DNA of 64,000 nucleotides, taken from Candidatus Xenobia bacterium. GTDB lineage: Bacteria > Vulcanimicrobiota > Xenobia > Xenobiales > QWHO01. Below, one piece after another: positions 19,321 to 29,283 of the stretch. The stretch's first letter is position 1; each line of letters opens with the position of its first letter. The stretch lies in NCBI GenBank assembly GCA_045863235.1, contig BTUM01000001.1, positions 160,001 through 224,000 on the forward strand, in the 5' to 3' direction. The notes beneath the pieces are model-generated. The model was not told the DNA's origin, did not search any database, and saw nothing but the letters and a program-made list of their open reading frames with translations. The position numbers were made by a program, and so were the translations under genes.

Positions 19321-19781
19321 GAGTCTGGCCAGTCGTCGCTCTCCTGTTGGTCAGACTCGGTCGAGAGCCGCAACATCTCGGCCATCAGTTCCAGCACCGC
19401 CGCGTCCGAGAGAGCCCGCTCGGGGAGCCGGAGATCCCGGAACCCCTGGCCAGGTTCATCCGCCTGCACTGCGAACGCCTGAGCCATTGGCCAAAGCTCC
19501 TTCGCAAGCCGCATGATCGCAATGATCTCTTTTGGCTCCGCCTGCTCACTCGAGAGCACGCGCTGGCCAGCCGCGAGTGCCCCCTGCACGAATTGCCGGG
19601 CCTGGTCTATCTCCGTCCCCAGTTCCGCCCGAGCCTCCACCACCAAAACCACCGGGGATGAAGGCTGGAGAGGGACGGCCACCTTCTTGCCTCTAACTTT
19701 AGCCAGGCCAGCCTCGGCACGGCGCTTGCGCATCAACTCCCGCTGGTAGGCTCTCCGCTTCTCCGGGTCCTTGTGCGCCAT
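19317..19781 (-). CDS. Putative terminase small subunit
   Basis: Basic N-terminus, helical, directly upstream of and overlapping terL; ATG at 19781 with GGGAG. Confidence 0.55.
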   Translation of the reverse strand: MAHKDPEKRRAYQRELMRKRRAEAGLAKVRGKKVAVPLQPSSPVVLVVEARAELGTEIDQARQFVQGALAAGQRVLSSEQAEPKEIIAIMRLAKELWPMAQAFAVQADEPGQGFRDLRLPERALSDAAVLELMAEMLRLSTESDQQESDDWPDS

Positions 19782-20039
19782 AGGACTCCCGCTAAGGTCT
19801 AACCTCGGGCTCACTAGCCCGCAACGCGACCTCGATCTTCAAAGTTGACGCCGGCGACCTCGATTTTCGAAGTCGAGTTATCCCCTGTCACGGTTAGCCC
19901 GCCGGGTCGCCGGCGTGGGACGCCGCTGAAACGGCGGCGCATCGTGGTTTTTGGGGGTATGGCCCAATGCTTGCTCAGCCGGCTCAGCCGGCGAGGCCCC
20001 TCCAGGGCTCTGGACGGCCGTCCCAGAGCCGTTCCGAGA

Positions 20040-20079
20040 AACACGAAAGCCCCAGGTCCATTTGGACAGTCTGGGGCTT
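20040..20079 (-). terminator. Promoter-proximal terminator of late operon
   Basis: AAGCCCCAG...GTCCAAATGGAC-CTGGGGCTT then TCGTGTTT. Confidence 0.55.
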
Positions 20080-20085
20080 GCGTGT

Positions 20086-20114
20086 AGTATACATTTTGGC
20101 ACCCGACTTGAGAA
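20086..20114 (-). promoter_or_regulatory. Candidate sigma70-type late promoter
   Basis: TTCTCA-17 nt-TATACT facing the packaging genes. Confidence 0.5.
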
Positions 20115-20127
20115 TAGTTCAAACGAA

Positions 20128-22821
20128 CTATCTCGCCTTTGGCATACACTTGGAGCACAGATTTACCCCGCCAGATGGACTAGACAGGGGGGAGCCACAT
20201 GTCTTACAGGCCCCCCAGTCGGGGGAGCTGGCCCGTGATGACGCATTTGCTCCATCGGAATGTGTCACCCGCCCTAGGCGTTGCGGTTGTTGGGTTTCTT
20301 GCGCTTCTGAAGGCAATTTGGTGACGCTTTTTTTCGCCGCGGGAAGAGTATCTCTACATGTGAGATCATCATGATGATCCGATCGATCACGTCCTTGGTC
20401 TTCATATGCTAAAGAAGAGAAAAATACGTCACCATGCGTCACTTCGGCGCGGTTGTCAAATTCTTTTGCGTCACCGGATGCGTCACTATACGTCACCTGC
20501 GTCACCCGTCCAGGACTGTCCTTGAGGCCGATCCCCTTCCAGAATCGGATGAGCTTGGACCGGTCGCGCTCGACCCCGGGCTGCTTGCTCAGCCGCCTCG
20601 AGAACATGTTGCGGGTGTAGGCCTCGGTGCCAGCCCAGGCAGTGAAGCTATCGTAGAGCGACGTCGCACTGGCCTGGTAGGCAGGTCCCAGCAAGCAACA
20701 ATCCTGCATCCACTCGGACATCAGGTCTTGCTCGCCCTCGTAGGCCTTCGTGGCATCGAGGACAGACTGAGGAGGCTGGAGTCTCTTGTTCTGCCACTCC
20801 AGGCAGCCCCGGACCGCCCAGGCCACGATGCCGGCCCCCTCGAGCAGCAGTTTGTAGGGCAGGCCCGGGTCGCGTTTCTCCTCGGGGATGATCACGTTGA
20901 ACGGGATGTAGACCATCCGGCGCCACATACCGTGGCCACCTGACCGAATGTCGGGCTTGTCGTTGGCAGCGATCCAGAGCTTGCCCTCTACGCGAAGGTT
21001 GACCCGCTCCTTGTAGAGGCCTCGGGTGCTGATCCGGTCTCCGCCGGAGAACTCCTTGACCAGGGCTTCATCGAGCCGTCGACCCTCGTTGATCTCGGTC
21101 ACGGCGACCAGGCGGGCGCCCTGCAGGTCCAGGAGGTCCTCGCGGATGCTGTTCTTCTTGCCCTGCAGGAAAGTCTCGGTGTCGGCCTTGCGGGCGTACT
21201 CTCCCAGAAGGTCCAGCCAGACCTCGATGAGCGTGCTCTTACCGTTGGAGCCGTGGCCGTGCAGGAGGAAGATTTTCTGCTCCTGGGTCGAGCCCGTCAG
21301 CGAGTAGCCGAGGGCGCGCTGGATGAACGCGACCATCTCGTTGTCGTCGCCCATGATAGTTCTCAAGAACTCCAGCCAAAGCTCGCACGGGGCGTCTGGC
21401 CGGTAGTCCATGTCCAGACACCGGGTGATCAGGTCGTCCGGGTCGTGCTCCCGGAGCTGGCCGGTCCGGAGGTCCAGGGTGCCGTTCCGAAAGTTGAGTA
21501 GCCACGGGTCGCGGTCGAGCTGGACGGGCTGGATAGCCACGCCGGCGATGGTGGCGGCCTGGGCGAGCGTGCCGTTGCGCACGGAGGAGGCCTGGCTTTT
21601 GTAGGCCCACTTGCGCTGCTCTTTGTCCTCGGCCAAGTCCAAGCGATGCTCCGCGATCTTGTTGGCCAGGTCCCCCGCCTTGCACGTGTCGTACGTCCAG
21701 ACGCCCTCGTCGTAGACCAGCCACTCCTTTGTGCTCTGGAGGTACCGAAGGCGGGTGCCGTGGTGGTCGATCAGCATGCGAGCGTTGCCCAGCTCGGTCA
21801 GGGCGTAGTCACCCCGGTCGCGCCAGCCAGGCTCGACGACGTCACGGAGGGCATACCAGTCTTTGTTGTGACAGCCGTTGTGCTGGCATCCGGCGCAGAT
21901 CGGGCCACCCTCGCTGAGCTGCCCCAGATACGCGGCTGAATCGGTGTGCTCCGGGTTCCAGGGGCAGACGGGCATAACCCAACAGCGCCCGCTCGTCTTC
22001 CATAGCTGTGGTCCCTCAAGCCCGAGTTTTTGCCCGTGCTTTGCCACCCAGCGGTCCAGCCAAGCCGAGGAGTCCTTCCCGCCTTGTCCGGGGTCAGGTG
22101 GCGTTTCTGGGGCCGGCAGGGTGGCAGCCAGGGCCTCCAAGAGCTCGGTGGGCACTGGGACACGCTTGGGTGGCACTGACTTATAGTGGCAGCGTCTTTG
22201 CGGCCGGTCGGGCAGGTTGTCGCCCTTCCGGTTGAGGGTGCCGGGCAGCCTGGCGATCCTGGAGGCGTTCGCAACCCGCAGGTCGATCTTGATCTGGTCG
22301 TTGCTGTATCTGTGATCCAGGGCCTGCAGACACCGGTGGACGAGCTCACTGTCTTGCGTGGGCAGGTCGATGGCATACCAGAGGGCAGCGCCGTTGCCAG
22401 TGTCCACCATGGCGGGTTCGGGCCAGCTCAGGGCGCCCAGCTCGTGCCGGATGGTATCGGCGAGTTCTAGCGCGAGGAGGTGCTGCTCGTCTGTGCTGTT
22501 GATACCGGTCGGTCGGACCGGGTCGCAGTCGACGAGCATGGTGCAGCGCTTGACGATCTGGTCGTCCCTGGTCGCCTCTCCTCGCTTTGCTTGCTGCACG
22601 CGCCTGGCTGCCCGTCCGAGCAGCTCAGGGATGACCGGGTTCAGGCTGACGTAGACTCCCTGGATGGTCGGGTCGGCTGAGAGCTGAGAGGCGGTAACGG
22701 CCAGGCCTTCGGGCGAGTCAAAGTAGCCGCTCTTGTTGAACTTGCCTATGGCGCGCAGTTCTCTAACTTCGTCGGGCTGCCAGAGCCATTGATGGAAGCG
22801 GAGGTCGGGATTGGCGCTCAT
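20128..22821 (-). CDS. Primase-helicase, P4/D5 (SF3) family
   Basis: DCD and DTGNGAA in N-terminal domain, TELGNA, NFRNGTLDL, GHGSNGKST, RRMVYIPF. Confidence 0.92.
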   Translation of the reverse strand: MSANPDLRFHQWLWQPDEVRELRAIGKFNKSGYFDSPEGLAVTASQLSADPTIQGVYVSLNPVIPELLGRAARRVQQAKRGEATRDDQIVKRCTMLVDCDPVRPTGINSTDEQHLLALELADTIRHELGALSWPEPAMVDTGNGAALWYAIDLPTQDSELVHRCLQALDHRYSNDQIKIDLRVANASRIARLPGTLNRKGDNLPDRPQRRCHYKSVPPKRVPVPTELLEALAATLPAPETPPDPGQGGKDSSAWLDRWVAKHGQKLGLEGPQLWKTSGRCWVMPVCPWNPEHTDSAAYLGQLSEGGPICAGCQHNGCHNKDWYALRDVVEPGWRDRGDYALTELGNARMLIDHHGTRLRYLQSTKEWLVYDEGVWTYDTCKAGDLANKIAEHRLDLAEDKEQRKWAYKSQASSVRNGTLAQAATIAGVAIQPVQLDRDPWLLNFRNGTLDLRTGQLREHDPDDLITRCLDMDYRPDAPCELWLEFLRTIMGDDNEMVAFIQRALGYSLTGSTQEQKIFLLHGHGSNGKSTLIEVWLDLLGEYARKADTETFLQGKKNSIREDLLDLQGARLVAVTEINEGRRLDEALVKEFSGGDRISTRGLYKERVNLRVEGKLWIAANDKPDIRSGGHGMWRRMVYIPFNVIIPEEKRDPGLPYKLLLEGAGIVAWAVRGCLEWQNKRLQPPQSVLDATKAYEGEQDLMSEWMQDCCLLGPAYQASATSLYDSFTAWAGTEAYTRNMFSRRLSKQPGVERDRSKLIRFWKGIGLKDSPGRVTQVTYSDASGDAKEFDNRAEVTHGDVFFSSLAYEDQGRDRSDHHDDLTCRDTLPAAKKSVTKLPSEAQETQQPQRLGRVTHSDGANASSRASSPDWGACKTCGSPLSSPSGGVNLCSKCMPKAR
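20427..20505. repeat. CGTCAC repeat cluster, candidate prophage origin
   Basis: Six (G)CGTCAC copies next to A-rich AAAGAAGAGAAAAATA. Confidence 0.55.
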
Positions 22822-23423
22822 GAGGGCGTCTCGCCATGCTCGAAACGAGCTTTGCGAGCTTTGCTGTAGGCGTCGCGAACAGCACTCGACATGGGAACCT
22901 CACAGTATTCCTGGTCTCCAATAAGCTCATAGACTGCCAAATCGCGCGCGCCGCCGCACGGGTATCCATCGCTTTGGAGTACCATCCCACCCTGAACGAA
23001 ATAGATTTTGGAGTGGAGAACTCCCTTATGGTGCTGGACCAGAGGATGAATAGGTAACTGTTCTTGACCCCCTCGCTCCGGTTTCGTAGATGGGATTGGG
23101 CCGAGCACAAGTAAACCCCGCAACGAGCGATACCCATCTGCCACGTCCGGGAGATGCCCTCCATACTCGACCAGGTCGAAGAGCAACTGATAATCAAGTC
23201 GTTGCTCTTCTCCTTTTACTTCCACCCAAGTCTTGGTGGTCGGGATATAGAAGTCCGGCAAGTATTTGCGCGGTTTTTCGTCTTCGTAGGCATCGATGAC
23301 GAAGCCTTCGGGCTCATACTGGTAGCGAATGCCCAGCGTATCAAAGAAGACAGCCCACCGTGCTTCTAGGCGAGAGCGGAAGCGGTATCCATTGTATTCT
23401 GTTTCGACTGGTTGGATGCTCAT
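22818..23423 (-). CDS. PD-(D/E)xK nuclease-like phage protein
   Basis: FRSRLEARWA...YEPEGF...YLPDF...EVKG. Confidence 0.8.
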   Translation of the reverse strand: MSIQPVETEYNGYRFRSRLEARWAVFFDTLGIRYQYEPEGFVIDAYEDEKPRKYLPDFYIPTTKTWVEVKGEEQRLDYQLLFDLVEYGGHLPDVADGYRSLRGLLVLGPIPSTKPERGGQEQLPIHPLVQHHKGVLHSKIYFVQGGMVLQSDGYPCGGARDLAVYELIGDQEYCEVPMSSAVRDAYSKARKARFEHGETPS

Positions 23424-23875
23424 GGGGTAGTCTCCTCGGTCCGCGCTCGCAGAAGGGCTTCAGCGAGCCAGGGTGGCAGCGCGCGCTTGCCCTGGCCCAG
23501 GTTGCATTCCTTACACTGCGCGATCAAGTTGTCGGGATGGTCTCTTTGCTCGTCAGGGATGCCATTGCGCTCGCACCAGTCGACCGGCAAGATATGCCCG
23601 ACATCGAGGCCTTCCTCGTCGGTCGGACGCTTGCCGCATGTCTCGCATCGGCCATGAGCGCGCTCGATGACAGGCCATCTCTGCGAAGGCTTCAGCGCAT
23701 CTCGCTTGGAAACCTTACGTGGACCGCAGCCGGTCTCGTGCTTCGGCGCGTTGTACTGGTGCTTGTGGCAAACCACGCAATAAACGCAGTCCTGGCCTGA
23801 CTTCGTGACGATGTAACCCTGGTCTTGACTGCAGCAGGGAGACCGCATGGTGAAGGTGTCGGGAGTCGCGCTCAT
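23420..23875 (-). CDS. HNH endonuclease with N-terminal Zn ribbon
   Basis: CETCG...VGHILP...NLIAQCKECNLG. Confidence 0.88.
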   Translation of the reverse strand: MSATPDTFTMRSPCCSQDQGYIVTKSGQDCVYCVVCHKHQYNAPKHETGCGPRKVSKRDALKPSQRWPVIERAHGRCETCGKRPTDEEGLDVGHILPVDWCERNGIPDEQRDHPDNLIAQCKECNLGQGKRALPPWLAEALLRARTEETTP

Positions 23876-24483
23876 TCCGTGTCCTCCACCCCGATCGTAG
23901 CACCAAACGGCGCCGGGTCACCCCCGCAGGCGATGCACCGCTTCGTCAGGCACAGCTCCTGGCATCCCGCGCACCAGCCAGCCTGCCGCAGGCCGGCCCA
24001 GCCGTGCTCGAGCGCCCAGCGGATAACGACGCTCCGGGACACCCGACAGGCTTGGGCGATGGCCTCGGCGATGGCGGTCTCGTCGTCGTCCAGACGTACG
24101 GAGACGACGCTGGTCGGGCGGGCGATGCGCTCGCGCCCGCCGTAGGATGCCTCTTGCATGGGGTCACGCTCCGGCTTGGGCAGCGGTTTGGCGCGGCGTT
24201 TGGCGCTGGATGAGCCTCCACCAGGTTGGCCGCGGTGCTCGTCCTCTTTGCGGCACTGGTCGATCTCGGCCTGGCTGGTCTGAGGCACGAGGGCGCGGTC
24301 AGAGCACTGGTGGTTGCAGCGCGGGCAGCGCCACCAGCCCTCAGCCGTGTAGACCCCGAGCGCGCGGGCGTCTGTGAGCTGCTCGAGGATAGCCTCCCCG
24401 CAGTGGGGGCAGAGGTGCTCGGGCTTGATCTGTGGCTGGCTCTGGAGGCCGAGGTGGGGCCAGCGGTCGTGGAGGGCGCTCAA
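23872..24483 (-). CDS. Hypothetical protein with Zn ribbons and possible ribbon-helix-helix
   Basis: CxxC pairs; VVSVRLDDDE...SRSVVIRWAL. Confidence 0.6.
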   Translation of the reverse strand: MSALHDRWPHLGLQSQPQIKPEHLCPHCGEAILEQLTDARALGVYTAEGWWRCPRCNHQCSDRALVPQTSQAEIDQCRKEDEHRGQPGGGSSSAKRRAKPLPKPERDPMQEASYGGRERIARPTSVVSVRLDDDETAIAEAIAQACRVSRSVVIRWALEHGWAGLRQAGWCAGCQELCLTKRCIACGGDPAPFGATIGVEDTE

Positions 24484-25268
24484 TGGTTCTCACTTCCGGC
24501 GAGAGCGTCCCGGAGGTTGGCAGCGGCGCGGAGGGTGCGCGAGTCGTGGGTGCGGGCCAACTCGGCTGCCACGGCGTACACATCGGGTGGCTGGGGAGTC
24601 CGGAGTTTTAGCAGTGCCTCGCGCGCCGCTTCTTGCACTTCGGGCCCATAGGTCAGGAGGGTGCCGCCGACTGGTCCGCCACACTGGGGACAGGCATCGG
24701 ACTCCATCGTCTGCGGCATTGACTCAGAATTGACCGGAGTAGTCAATTCTTTTGACTCATGGGCTTTCTCACGCTCGGCTCGTGTCTGCTTGGCTTGGTG
24801 GCGCCCAGCACAGCCACGCGCCGCGTACTTGCGACCTGGTGGCACCAGCCCCCCGCACTCGCAAGGGCAGAGTGGGTCGACGGGTCGAGCAGCCTCAAGC
24901 TTGGCCAGCTCTTGGCACAGGTGGCAATTATCGCTGTCCTGCGCGGCGGGCCAGGTGCATCCCGGCGTGGCGCACTGGATCAAGGTAACGTCCATGGTGG
25001 CTGACATGAGTTCCTCCTTCGGATCTGAATTTGGCAGGGGCAGAATGGGCTTGGTCTCGACGATCCAGCGTCGGCGGCATTTGGGGTTTTGGCACCGGGC
25101 GTGCTGCTCGACCCTGGTGCCCAGCGCACTGGTGATGGTGCAGGGCGGGTCGAGCGGGGCGTCCTTCCCGCACTCGCACGGTACCTTGGATCGGTCGTCC
25201 CAGCGGGTCGGGTCCGACTTGAAGAAGCGGAATCCATGGAGCTCGTGCGAGACGGGAAGCGCGCTCAT
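24480..25268 (-). CDS. Cys-rich hypothetical protein
   Basis: ATGA-coupled start at 25268, multiple CxC/CxxC motifs. Confidence 0.55.
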   Translation of the reverse strand: MSALPVSHELHGFRFFKSDPTRWDDRSKVPCECGKDAPLDPPCTITSALGTRVEQHARCQNPKCRRRWIVETKPILPLPNSDPKEELMSATMDVTLIQCATPGCTWPAAQDSDNCHLCQELAKLEAARPVDPLCPCECGGLVPPGRKYAARGCAGRHQAKQTRAEREKAHESKELTTPVNSESMPQTMESDACPQCGGPVGGTLLTYGPEVQEAAREALLKLRTPQPPDVYAVAAELARTHDSRTLRAAANLRDALAGSENH

Positions 25269-25924
25269 TTTAGCGAGCGCAGGTGGTCGGCGACGACGTC
25301 GGCGAGGCGAAGGTCTTGTTTGGTGAGCACGGAGCGTTGTCCAGCATCCCACCCGACACGCATCGCGTCCGCCACCTCACGCGTGCGCTTGTCGCGTAGA
25401 TCCTGGAGCTCTCGCTCGGTAGCGAGCCGAGCAGCCTCGACGGCGTCTCGCCGCTTCTGAGCCTGTCCCAGGTCGTGCTCCTGACCTGCGATCACCGCGT
25501 CGGCTCGACGGATGACCTGCAGCATCTTGACCAAGTCCTCACGGGCGTAGCGCTCGCGCTCAGTCAGGGGTTGCCAGCGGTCGAGGTTGACCTGCACGCG
25601 CTTGAGTTCATGCTCGAGGTGCGTCCGGTTCCACTCGTCGGGCGTGCTGGGCTTCCAGTCCGTCGCGCGAGCCTCTGTCTCGAGATCCGACAGCTTGTCC
25701 GTAAGGAGCTCGAGCAGGGCGCTGACGTCCCGCTCGTTGTCAGGCGAGTAGAGGCGCCGAGCCAGCTTGTCACGGATGCGGAGCAGCTCGGAGTGCATCT
25801 CGAGCGGGCGGTGCAGGTAGTTGACGGCCGCTTCGGCCAGGGCGAACTCGGGTGAGTCCGGGGCGGCGTTCTCGGAGAGGGCGGTAGCCAGGCGGAGGAG
25901 TCGGGTGCGCGGGTGGCTGCTCAT
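25265..25924 (-). CDS. Hypothetical coiled-coil protein
   Basis: ATGA-coupled start at 25924 with GAGG. Confidence 0.6.
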   Translation of the reverse strand: MSSHPRTRLLRLATALSENAAPDSPEFALAEAAVNYLHRPLEMHSELLRIRDKLARRLYSPDNERDVSALLELLTDKLSDLETEARATDWKPSTPDEWNRTHLEHELKRVQVNLDRWQPLTERERYAREDLVKMLQVIRRADAVIAGQEHDLGQAQKRRDAVEAARLATERELQDLRDKRTREVADAMRVGWDAGQRSVLTKQDLRLADVVADHLRSLK

Positions 25925-26232
25925 GATGGCACCTCCCCGAGGAGTAGGCCGATCTCGTAGAGTCGGGTATTGATCCAGCGGCACCTCTGGACGCGTTGCA
26001 TGATGTCCGCGTCGAGATACCAGCCCTGGATCTGCGACAGCAGCTCGCACTGCTCTCGGAGGATGGTGCGGCGTTCGGCCCGCAGCATCTGGTCGCGCAC
26101 GATGCTGTTGAACTGGGCGTAAGCCCGCTCACCCTCGGCGGTGTGAACCGTGCGCGGCACCAGGCGTACGCGGGCGGGGATGCGTGGGCCGCGCATCCGG
26201 TTGGCGATAGAGTCGAGCCAGTCATCGAGCAT
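25921..26232 (-). CDS. Hypothetical protein
   Basis: 103 aa, coupled in operon. Confidence 0.6.
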   Translation of the reverse strand: MLDDWLDSIANRMRGPRIPARVRLVPRTVHTAEGERAYAQFNSIVRDQMLRAERRTILREQCELLSQIQGWYLDADIMQRVQRCRWINTRLYEIGLLLGEVPS

Positions 26233-26620
26233 GGTCTTGGTCCTCCTCCAGGTTGAACTCAGGAAAGGTGGGGGTCATGGCGAGTTCGTTGGCGTAGCGC
26301 TCGGCCGCCTCGCGACGCTCGCGGTAAATGCCCTCGTCGGAGCGGAACTCGCGGACGTCCGCGTCGTAGTCCTCGAGCACGCCCCAGGTATCTTCCTCCC
26401 CCAGAATGCCCATGGCGTCGTGATAGACATAGCCACGCTGCTCCAGCGAGCGCAGGGCCGCGCGCTCGTCGGGCTTGAGGTCTTCGACCGTGTTGCAGGC
26501 GCAGTTCTCACAGTGCGGCTTGCCGAGGAGGCCGTCGTCGCCACGGTCGTGCAAGTCGAAGAGCACCCGCTTCTCGGTGCCTGAGAGGGCATCCCAGTCG
26601 ATGCGGGCGATCTCATGCAT
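26222..26620 (-). CDS. Hypothetical protein
   Basis: 132 aa, coupled in operon. Confidence 0.6.
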   Translation of the reverse strand: MHEIARIDWDALSGTEKRVLFDLHDRGDDGLLGKPHCENCACNTVEDLKPDERAALRSLEQRGYVYHDAMGILGEEDTWGVLEDYDADVREFRSDEGIYRERREAAERYANELAMTPTFPEFNLEEDQDHAR

Positions 26621-27695
26621 GGGCGGCCTGCCTGAGCTGGACCGGCATTATGACGTAGCTCCACTCGCCGACCCGGATGTGGGCCGCCCGATCGTGCGAC
26701 TGAAAGCCCCAGTCGATGGTCGGGCTGTCCAGGACCACCAGGCCCTCGAGCAGGTACTTGCCGTTGAATGCGATGGTAAGCTCCACCTCGGATGCGGGCA
26801 GGGCCATTTCCTCGCTGCCTGACCCGACGGTTGCTGTCTCCGCCGTGATGCGGAGTGCACCGGGCGAGAATTCCAGCTTCACCAGGTGCGGCGACTGCGA
26901 ATCCTGGGCGAAGAGCAGCACGCGTCGCAGGGCTTCGATCAGTTCCGTCCGGTTGATCGTGGCCAACATCGGGGTCTTAAACTTGGAGACCTGGGCCCAG
27001 TTGGGGAAGTTGCCTTCCATGATGCGGCCGCCGATTCGCGTGGACCCGGACTCTGCCAGCCAGCTGCCGCGCGCGATGGACAGGGAGATGTCGCCCTGAA
27101 GCCCGAGCACGACATCGATCCGGGCCAGCACCGAGGGGCTCAAGCCGTACTTGCCGGGAATCGTCTGGAAGGCCAGACGGCGCCCGTCGCAGCCCACCAG
27201 CGTGAGCCCGTCCGGGCCGAAGCTGAAGAGCATCCCGGTCATCACCGCGCGAGTCTCTTCGGCCTGCGCGCGCGCAAAGTCGACCTTGCGGATAACTTGC
27301 TGGAGCTGACCGTCCGGGAAATCGTAGCGCTCGCCCTCGTCGAAGGTGCTGGCCGGGAACTCCTCGGCAGGCAACGTCGGGAAGGTTGTACGGGACTTGC
27401 CGGCGCTGACGTGGAGCTGATCGCCCACCAGGTGCAGGGTGACGTTGCTCTTAGCCAGGTTCACCCAGTCGGCCAGTGTCTTGTAGTCGACCGTGCAGGC
27501 CTTGTCCTGGTGGTCGAGGTGCATCTCGACGTCGGTCAGGGTGTGCTCGATCCGGAGATCCATGTCGGTGCAGGTCAGGGCGTTACCCTCGATCAGCACG
27601 TGCTTCAGGATCGGAAGAGGCGACCGGGTCTTAGTTGCAGGTGCAACAGCCTTCAAGCCGGCTTGAAGCACCTTCAACGGGATGGTCATATGCAT
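26613..27695 (-). CDS. dnaN: DNA polymerase III beta clamp homologue (phage copy)
   Basis: LPILKHVLI, TDMD, AEEFP, DGRRLA, GNFPNW, IAFNGKYLLE, YVIMPV. Confidence 0.9.
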   Translation of the reverse strand: MHMTIPLKVLQAGLKAVAPATKTRSPLPILKHVLIEGNALTCTDMDLRIEHTLTDVEMHLDHQDKACTVDYKTLADWVNLAKSNVTLHLVGDQLHVSAGKSRTTFPTLPAEEFPASTFDEGERYDFPDGQLQQVIRKVDFARAQAEETRAVMTGMLFSFGPDGLTLVGCDGRRLAFQTIPGKYGLSPSVLARIDVVLGLQGDISLSIARGSWLAESGSTRIGGRIMEGNFPNWAQVSKFKTPMLATINRTELIEALRRVLLFAQDSQSPHLVKLEFSPGALRITAETATVGSGSEEMALPASEVELTIAFNGKYLLEGLVVLDSPTIDWGFQSHDRAAHIRVGEWSYVIMPVQLRQAAHA

Positions 27696-27721
27696 GGCAG
27701 GGGTTCCTTTCTTGGGGTTGC

Positions 27722-29071
27722 TTAGTCGAAGAGGGTCAGGCCGTCGAACTGGCGGTGCTCGGCCACGGTGGAGCCGAGGCGGGTGGCCTGCACCCACTCG
27801 TTGGCCATCTTGACGTAGTCGGGGTTGATGTCGCAGCTCAGGTGGCTGCGGCCCAGGCGTTCGGCTACGGCCGCGGTCGTGCCGGACCCACCGAACGGGT
27901 CGAGCACGAGGCAGGGCACTCGCTGAGCGCCCGCTACTTGCGAACGCCACTCTTCGAGCTTTGCCTCATAGATCTCGACTTCGGGGACGGCATAATCGCC
28001 GGCATCGTCTGGTTGCGGAGCGATGGGTCGTGAACCCCAGCAGCTACAGCTCGGTTCCCAGCCCAGCGTCTCGTACTTTTGCCCGGTGAAGGCTCTGGGA
28101 CAGCCGTGCATGCCGTGGACCAGGTCATTCTCGTGGTCGTGGAACGACTGGCCGAGACGCTTGGCGTATTCCTCGGTGGGCTTGCGGATGCGCTTGTACG
28201 GGGCGCCGCAGACTGCGCACGCGCCATGCTCGCTGGTGCTGGCCATGATGCACGTCTCGGGCAACTCCTCCGGAAAGGTCGCCGTGTGCACCTCGGGGCA
28301 GGCCCGGCAGGCCATCAGCCAGTAGGACCAGAGGTTGCGTCCGTCAGGATGTGGCAGGCGGAAAGTGCTCGTCTCTTCGCTCTTGGCCTTGCTCCGGATG
28401 CGGTGCTGGTAGACGATGCGCTCGCGCCGCTTCTCCTGGGTCGCGTGCGCCACCCGCACAGCCTCGATGTCATAGTACGGGTTCGCGCACTTGGCGAGCT
28501 GGTAGACGTGCTCGTGGCCGTAGGTCGGCCGGCCCCGGTCCGGCATTGGGCTCGGGTTCAGCTTGGCCCAGAAGTTTTCGCTGCGCACCCACCAGCCCCA
28601 GTCGCAGAGGGCGATAGCCAGGCGAGAAGGCAGGAGCATCTGGTCACCGGCCTTCCACCTGGTGCCGTCGGCCGTTCCCGTTGCTCGCGCCCAGCCGGGC
28701 CGGCCAGCGAAGGCCTGGGTCCAGTGGTTACGCTCGTACGCACGCCGGTCGTTCCCCGCCTGCTCGTCCTGCGTGATGGGCTGGGGTCGCTTGCCGCGCT
28801 GGGCCCAGGCATCGCCGTAGTTCAGCCAGAGCGTGCCATCAGGGCGCAGCACGCGCCAGACCTCGGCGAAGACCTCCATCAGGTTGGCGAGGTGTTCATC
28901 CCAGGTCCGCTCCAGTCCGATCTGACCCTCGGCCTGATAGTCGCGCAAGGACCAGTAGGGCGGGCTCGTGACGACGACGTGGACTGTGCTGTCCGGAATG
29001 GTCCGCAGGAAGGCGCGGGTCTCAGACAGGTGCACGCGGTTGAGCTCGGGCGGGAGGATGGGGGCGCTCAT
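27722..29071 (-). CDS. Amino DNA methyltransferase (N4C/N6A, beta order)
   Basis: TSPPYW before HTATFP and VLDPFGGSGTT. Confidence 0.93.
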   Translation of the reverse strand: MSAPILPPELNRVHLSETRAFLRTIPDSTVHVVVTSPPYWSLRDYQAEGQIGLERTWDEHLANLMEVFAEVWRVLRPDGTLWLNYGDAWAQRGKRPQPITQDEQAGNDRRAYERNHWTQAFAGRPGWARATGTADGTRWKAGDQMLLPSRLAIALCDWGWWVRSENFWAKLNPSPMPDRGRPTYGHEHVYQLAKCANPYYDIEAVRVAHATQEKRRERIVYQHRIRSKAKSEETSTFRLPHPDGRNLWSYWLMACRACPEVHTATFPEELPETCIMASTSEHGACAVCGAPYKRIRKPTEEYAKRLGQSFHDHENDLVHGMHGCPRAFTGQKYETLGWEPSCSCWGSRPIAPQPDDAGDYAVPEVEIYEAKLEEWRSQVAGAQRVPCLVLDPFGGSGTTAAVAERLGRSHLSCDINPDYVKMANEWVQATRLGSTVAEHRQFDGLTLFD

Positions 29072-29283
29072 GACTGCGGCTCCTTTGGCTCGGGCCCGCA
29101 GGAGCAAGGCCCTTTCTCTTTGAGGAAGATGTTGGCTGCGCGTACCGGGCAGCAGTGGTCGACGAGCTCGCCCTGGATCTGCCAGCGCCCAGCTTTGGTC
29201 TTGCGCACCATGAAATCGGTGCGACCCTGGAGGACGTAGGCGATCGGAATAAGGGCGGGCCAGCGGTGGGCGGTGGTGCTCAT
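29068..29283 (-). CDS. Hypothetical protein
   Basis: Coupled small ORF MSTTAHRWP... Confidence 0.5.
   Translation of the reverse strand: MSTTAHRWPALIPIAYVLQGRTDFMVRKTKAGRWQIQGELVDHCCPVRAANIFLKEKGPCSCGPEPKEPQS

Noticed and set aside
19814..20158. 114-aa ORF upstream of terS
   Set aside because: Low-complexity translation spanning a promoter and terminator; more likely non-coding leader
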